From positions 64,001 through 128,000 of IMG/VR virus record IMGVR_UViG_3300025009_000054: DNA of 64,000 nt; one strand, written 5' to 3'. This document shows, piece after piece, positions 59,694 to 64,000 of this stretch (the first letter of the stretch is position 1; every line of letters begins with the position of its first letter). The stretch comes from a virus. Below the pieces are notes generated by a model that was given only the letters and a program-made list of their open reading frames with translations, ran no database searches and was not told where the DNA came from. The position numbers and the translations under genes are program-made.

Positions 59694-60161
59694 TCATTTT
59701 GCTACCTCTCCAGAGGGGCCAGCCGATGCCTGTATTGATGGTGTTACACCATGCGATCTAGCTTTTCTACGTTGTCCATCAATCACTGACTGACCGGTTA
59801 TGTATGGCAACATTATTTTGTCAAACTCACTAGCAAGGTCTACTGCGCGTTGCGACATTGCCGGATCTATTTCACCAAATATTGAACTCAATACCATCGA
59901 CCCAGCTAGAATTGCGTTAGCTCTAACAATATCATAGTGATACTCAGTAGTACCATATGTATCTGTATTCCGCGATATTGTTTTACGTAAAGGTGTGAAA
60001 TACATGTGCGATAAAACGCCATTAATCCGGCCATACGCACTCTTAACATGCTTTTCAATATCAGCATCGGCTACTTCACCTTTTGCAGGGTTAGTACCAA
60101 ATACCACTATACGCCGTAGAACATCTTTCACATCCTGACTAGTACAATATAAATCACTCAC
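59694..60161 (-). CDS. head-tail connector (gp6/gp15-like)
   Basis: LYCTSQDV...I...A...IN..L...Y.TPL pattern. Confidence 0.7.
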   Translation of the reverse strand: MSDLYCTSQDVKDVLRRIVVFGTNPAKGEVADADIEKHVKSAYGRINGVLSHMYFTPLRKTISRNTDTYGTTEYHYDIVRANAILAGSMVLSSIFGEIDPAMSQRAVDLASEFDKIMLPYITGQSVIDGQRRKARSHGVTPSIQASAGPSGEVAK

Positions 60162-60188
60162 TAAATGTCACCTCCTAACGTACCAATA

Positions 60189-61343
60189 TTACGTCATAAT
60201 TCCAGCGTATTGTCTCCAGTTTGTGCCAGTAACTCTACCAGGCACTCTGTACTTACCAGACGCTATGACATTAGGACTAACCAGACCTCTTCTCTTGGTT
60301 TCTTTGACCATTGCTTGAAAATCAACGTTTACCTGTGTATAAAGCGTTTGTACTAGTGGAATGGCATTGTCACCAGCCAGGATGAGCTGTGTATCCCTAA
60401 ACATTAAACCTTGTAGTATACGTCTAAGAGCTAATCTATATGCACCATATAGTATCGGAGCATCCCATGGTCCAGGTGTGGTTCCTAATGCGAAGTCCGT
60501 ATATGGTTTCTTAATATTTATCTCGTTTAATGATTGACTGATGAATTTACTAAGCGATTCATCAGTAAAGTACCTGAACGTATAATCGGCAGTAACACTA
60601 CTACCGTACGGTATACCCGACACACCAACTATGCCATTATTATAGTCAATATAATTCTTAGATGTTAAAATTATGCCATTATCGACAAAAAATTGTGGTG
60701 GTGTGTCTATACCCCAGTTTTTAAATGCAAATTTGAATAGTGAGCCACCAGTATTCATTTCAACGACACTCTCATTACTAACGTGTATGTGTTGAAATTC
60801 GAATAAGAGGTCGTTCAATGTATCTAGTATGCCTACCATATATCTAGACACTGATAGACTATCGGATCCGAGTAAAGTATCACCATCGTACGCAGATATA
60901 GTATAGTCGCCATCAGGAGCCGTAATCAATATCTGTCCTGAATACGATCCAAACTCGTCTGTTTCTATACTCCACGTGGACACCACAGTGGCACCCTTGA
61001 GGAGTTTTATCGAGATACTACCAATCACATATGTTCCGATAGAAATATCGACGGTGCCCCCAGATGATATATAATCCTGGTATACCTGCACTCCGTACTG
61101 GTTTACTATTGATGCACTAAACGTTTGGGCTTTTCCACTAGATTCAAGTGGTCCGCCAGCGTTATCATATCTAGTATATATCTTGTACCAATTAGTGGGA
61201 GTACCACTAGGATCAACGTATGACGTAACACCAGCACCTACAACATCATCGACGTCTTCATATGTGCCAAGCGAGTTGTTAGCGCGTGTTATATGATATC
61301 CATACACACCGGACGCGGCAGTTTGTGACCACATTATATCCAT
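60189..61343 (-). CDS. virion structural/neck protein
   Basis: N-terminal FnIII-like strands, C-terminal helical connector-like region (FTDESL..FI...L.EIN); follows the capsid gene. Confidence 0.55.
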   Translation of the reverse strand: MDIMWSQTAASGVYGYHITRANNSLGTYEDVDDVVGAGVTSYVDPSGTPTNWYKIYTRYDNAGGPLESSGKAQTFSASIVNQYGVQVYQDYISSGGTVDISIGTYVIGSISIKLLKGATVVSTWSIETDEFGSYSGQILITAPDGDYTISAYDGDTLLGSDSLSVSRYMVGILDTLNDLLFEFQHIHVSNESVVEMNTGGSLFKFAFKNWGIDTPPQFFVDNGIILTSKNYIDYNNGIVGVSGIPYGSSVTADYTFRYFTDESLSKFISQSLNEINIKKPYTDFALGTTPGPWDAPILYGAYRLALRRILQGLMFRDTQLILAGDNAIPLVQTLYTQVNVDFQAMVKETKRRGLVSPNVIASGKYRVPGRVTGTNWRQYAGIMT

Positions 61344-61395
61344 GATATCACCACCTATTCAGTATCACAAACATAGTAGTATCTAAACATAACAA

Positions 61396-61421
61396 AGGGG
61401 AAGGCATTTCTACCTTCCCCT
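61396..61421 (-). terminator. Rho-independent terminator after the capsid gene
   Basis: AGGGGAAGG...CCTTCCCCT followed by TTGTTATGTTT on the coding strand. Confidence 0.8.
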
Positions 61422-61470
61422 AAGTACCAGCCTAATAAAAGCTAGTCAATATAATAGCTAGTCGCCCAAC

Positions 61471-62394
61471 TTAGGAAAGCTGGAGGACTGATACGCCATA
61501 GTTATTTGCGATTACAGATGCTACGTATTCGTAGAACACCCAACCGAGCAACAGGTTGTCAGGATCCTGTGCGTCCATCTGGTCCAGGTCAAGCCTGACA
61601 GCATGTACACCAAGGAAGTCCTGCTCAGCCAAGCAGTAAACGGTCTTTGCTTCCATCTTTCGGCTCACGCGGACCTGAGCATTCCAGATGTCGCCGACGT
61701 AACCGGTCTTAATCAACTCACGCTGACTGACAGGATCAAAGTCGGTGTTAGACCATGTTCGGAATCCTCTGTAGCCATTGGCATTCATCAGAATGTTGGC
61801 AACAGGAGCATCCCACTGTTCAACTTGCGTAAATGCAGCGGCAAGCTGGGTTCTGCTCAGTGTATCACTACCGTTAGCTGTGATGGCATTTCTACCAGCA
61901 GTAGCAGTAGCGGAAGCGTACGTTGCAGTACCTTCGGTCGGTGTCAGATAGCTGTCGGTCCAGAAGATCGACTTGAGTGCGCGGAAGAACTCCACGTCCT
62001 CAGCAGCGGCCATTTCAGCGCGTGCCCTAGTCTGCTCACGATCAAGGATATTGAATCGTCTTACGGCGACTTCAAGTGCAGGGATTCGGACGTATGCAAC
62101 GATCGCATAGGGAGAAGGAGTGATCCTAGTACCTTCGATCTGCTGATAAGTCGGTCCACCTCTCTTGGAGAGTACCGTAGCGTATACGTCAGGATCTTTA
62201 TCATACCACATTGGAGCACCGGTAGGTAGTTTATCTACCCAAAGGCACTTTCTGGTAAGACCTACGTAATCCCGTCCTTTACGAATGGGTTCCATCATAC
62301 TCTGACCGATACGAGATTTACCCTGAGGGTTTCGTATCTGTCGCTCGATATAGCGATCGAGCTGCGCTCTTGACATTCTCATCTTAAGATTCAC
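61471..62394 (-). CDS. major capsid protein (HK97 fold)
   Basis: RDY....RK...V..LP.GA...YDKDP, RRF.I.DR......E...ED, ILMN, G.IWNAQV; downstream terminator. Confidence 0.85.
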   Translation of the reverse strand: MNLKMRMSRAQLDRYIERQIRNPQGKSRIGQSMMEPIRKGRDYVGLTRKCLWVDKLPTGAPMWYDKDPDVYATVLSKRGGPTYQQIEGTRITPSPYAIVAYVRIPALEVAVRRFNILDREQTRARAEMAAAEDVEFFRALKSIFWTDSYLTPTEGTATYASATATAGRNAITANGSDTLSRTQLAAAFTQVEQWDAPVANILMNANGYRGFRTWSNTDFDPVSQRELIKTGYVGDIWNAQVRVSRKMEAKTVYCLAEQDFLGVHAVRLDLDQMDAQDPDNLLLGWVFYEYVASVIANNYGVSVLQLS

Positions 62395-62411
62395 CTCCCC
62401 GTTCTAAATTA

Positions 62412-62825
62412 TTAGGATGCTATTAGTGTTGCTCCACCGAACCACCAGAAGTGCAACGGAACCGTCGCGCTTGGTGTATTGATGGCGATACCGACTACTC
62501 TATCACCTGCTGCAGCGACCTTAAACTTACCAGTCGTTGCATCTATGCCCAGCGACCCGCCAAAGGTGAGTCCTGATACGATAACCTGATCGGTACTTCC
62601 TTCGAAGTCACCCATTACTACTGTTGCTAGACTACCAGCAACCGGTGTAACCTCAGTAACTGAGTCATCGAAGAATATACCAACCGCAAGTGCCGCGTCA
62701 TCGCACAGCGCAACGGTGTCACTTGCAACAATCTTAGCTGCCAGACCTGGCACGAATGCTGCAGTCGTAGTAGCTGCTAAGGATACCCTGTATCCACCCC
62801 GCAATACTTTAAACATATTAGTCAC
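62412..62825 (-). CDS. capsid decoration/cement protein
   Basis: Ala/Gly/Val-rich 137 aa between scaffold and capsid genes. Confidence 0.7.
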   Translation of the reverse strand: MTNMFKVLRGGYRVSLAATTTAAFVPGLAAKIVASDTVALCDDAALAVGIFFDDSVTEVTPVAGSLATVVMGDFEGSTDQVIVSGLTFGGSLGIDATTGKFKVAAAGDRVVGIAINTPSATVPLHFWWFGGATLIAS

Positions 62826-62853
62826 CTCCTACTAGTAATAATAGACTGAGCCA

Positions 62854-63999
62854 TTACTCGTCTGATAGATCTATTCCAGATGCCTCAAGTAATTCGTCTG
62901 ACGGTGAGCTTAACTGTAGCCCTATGTCAAGCGTTTCACTATTGTCATCATTGTCTTCTGTCACGTTTTCGAAATCATCATCAACCAACATGGTATCCAA
63001 CTCTACATCGGTAATATCATTAGACTGTGCCTGACGTGAATTTCGAGATGCGCTTCTAGTTGACGGTCTACTCTCATCAATTTCTATAGGAGTGGACCAC
63101 AACTGCATTTCACCACCACCGGCCATTTCATCAGCATCAGCGATAGATGTACCCATTGTATCCTGCTTAACCTGTGCGACAGCCCTCATACCATTCTTTG
63201 GAGCAGGTATGGTCTGAGACGCTGTTCTATTAGGAGCATCAGATACTGTCCTAACAAATGTCTCAAACGATTGATCATCCATAGCTAACAAATCGCTAGC
63301 TAGTCTTTTCTTATTTTCCTGTGCCTTACGTCGTGCAGTAATCTCAGGGACACCAGTAGACATCATAGATGTACCATCATCCAACATGCCCTTCTCTTCC
63401 ATAGCACTAAGGACTTTTGATACACGCTTAGCTTGCATCCCCTTAGATTTCTCAACCTTGGCCTCAGATAGCATATCAAGTGCCTGTTTTACAGACTTCT
63501 GATCACCATTGAAGAGCCCATTGACGAAATCCGCAGGAAAGATCTGTCTGTAATATGCAGCCTCGTCCTCTGATTTTGGTGCACCTACAGAGCCAACTTC
63601 TGCCTTTCGGTCCTGAAGGAATGTAGGCACTTTCTTTTTACTAACGTCGTCATCATCATCTTCCTTCTTGCCAAAAGGTGGCTTCTTACCACCAAAAGGA
63701 GGAGCCTGTTTACCACCAAAAGGAGGCTTCTTATCTTTATGTTCACTAGCCTCTTCCTTTGGTGTCTCCTTATCTTCGTGTGCCTTGCCTTCATCTTCAT
63801 CAGCGTCTTCACCTTCATCAGGTTTCTCGCTCTTAATTTTAGGCTTTCCACTACCAGGCTTATCACCATCTCCGCCCTTAAGTTCGTCTATGCTATCCTG
63901 GAGATTTTCCATAAACCCATCCATACCATCACCAGATATGCCTTGTAACCATGACTTAATTTCATCGACGGTATAATGGCCATCCTCAGCTACAAGGAC
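62854..63999 (-). CDS. capsid scaffold / protease C-terminal region, 5' end truncated
   Basis: Frame stays open from 63924 to the window end; highly charged, KKPPFGG repeats. Confidence 0.6.
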   Translation of the reverse strand, partial: VLVAEDGHYTVDEIKSWLQGISGDGMDGFMENLQDSIDELKGGDGDKPGSGKPKIKSEKPDEGEDADEDEGKAHEDKETPKEEASEHKDKKPPFGGKQAPPFGGKKPPFGKKEDDDDDVSKKKVPTFLQDRKAEVGSVGAPKSEDEAAYYRQIFPADFVNGLFNGDQKSVKQALDMLSEAKVEKSKGMQAKRVSKVLSAMEEKGMLDDGTSMMSTGVPEITARRKAQENKKRLASDLLAMDDQSFETFVRTVSDAPNRTASQTIPAPKNGMRAVAQVKQDTMGTSIADADEMAGGGEMQLWSTPIEIDESRPSTRSASRNSRQAQSNDITDVELDTMLVDDDFENVTEDNDDNSETLDIGLQLSSPSDELLEASGIDLSDE

Positions 64000-64000
64000 A

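Noticed and set aside
55704-61380. CTACTAT as a late promoter (near 55704, 58915, 61373)
   Set aside because: Only three short copies at variable distances, and absent from other structural gaps
332-63976. All plus-strand ORFs in the track (e.g. 32023-32718, 61603-62229, 19372-19926, 43229-43831)
   Set aside because: Antisense shadows of well-supported minus-strand genes, with no motifs or SD
1-64000. tRNA genes, alternative genetic code, DGR/retron, integrase
   Set aside because: No cloverleaf in the short gaps, long genes are intact in the standard code, and no reverse transcriptase or recombinase motifs were seen

Overview
This is a 64-kb segment of a large tailed dsDNA bacteriophage genome. 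Every credible gene lies on the minus strand, in the standard code, usually with a GGAGG Shine-Dalgarno. In transcription order (right to left): (1) a morphogenesis block at 64000-39500 with scaffold, decoration protein, major capsid, connector, two paralogous tail tubes, two paralogous tail chaperones (one with a -1 frameshift), tape measure, tail tip and collagen-like fibres; (2) a GT2-methyltransferase and a stand-alone cyanophycin-synthetase N-domain; (3) a replication and nucleotide-metabolism block at 37459-1 with a phage sigma factor, PurZ-type synthetase, SSB, RecA, resolvase, DNA methyltransferase, intein-containing SF2 helicase, MazG, a WGR-helical-catalytic PARP, UDG, primase-helicase fusion, PurB, NrdJ, ThyX, dUTPase fusion, Cas4-like nuclease, DHH phosphoesterase, a glycosyl/methyltransferase cassette and DnaE. 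The best candidate for a novel system is an unusually self-contained 2-aminoadenine (Z-base) pathway: a PurZ0-type enzyme, the phage's own divergent PurB and a MazG, with a family-C DnaE rather than DpoZ and no DatZ in view. A circularly permuted N-glycosidase-dUTPase fusion may shape the dNTP pool. All calls come from motif recognition by eye; no searches were run.
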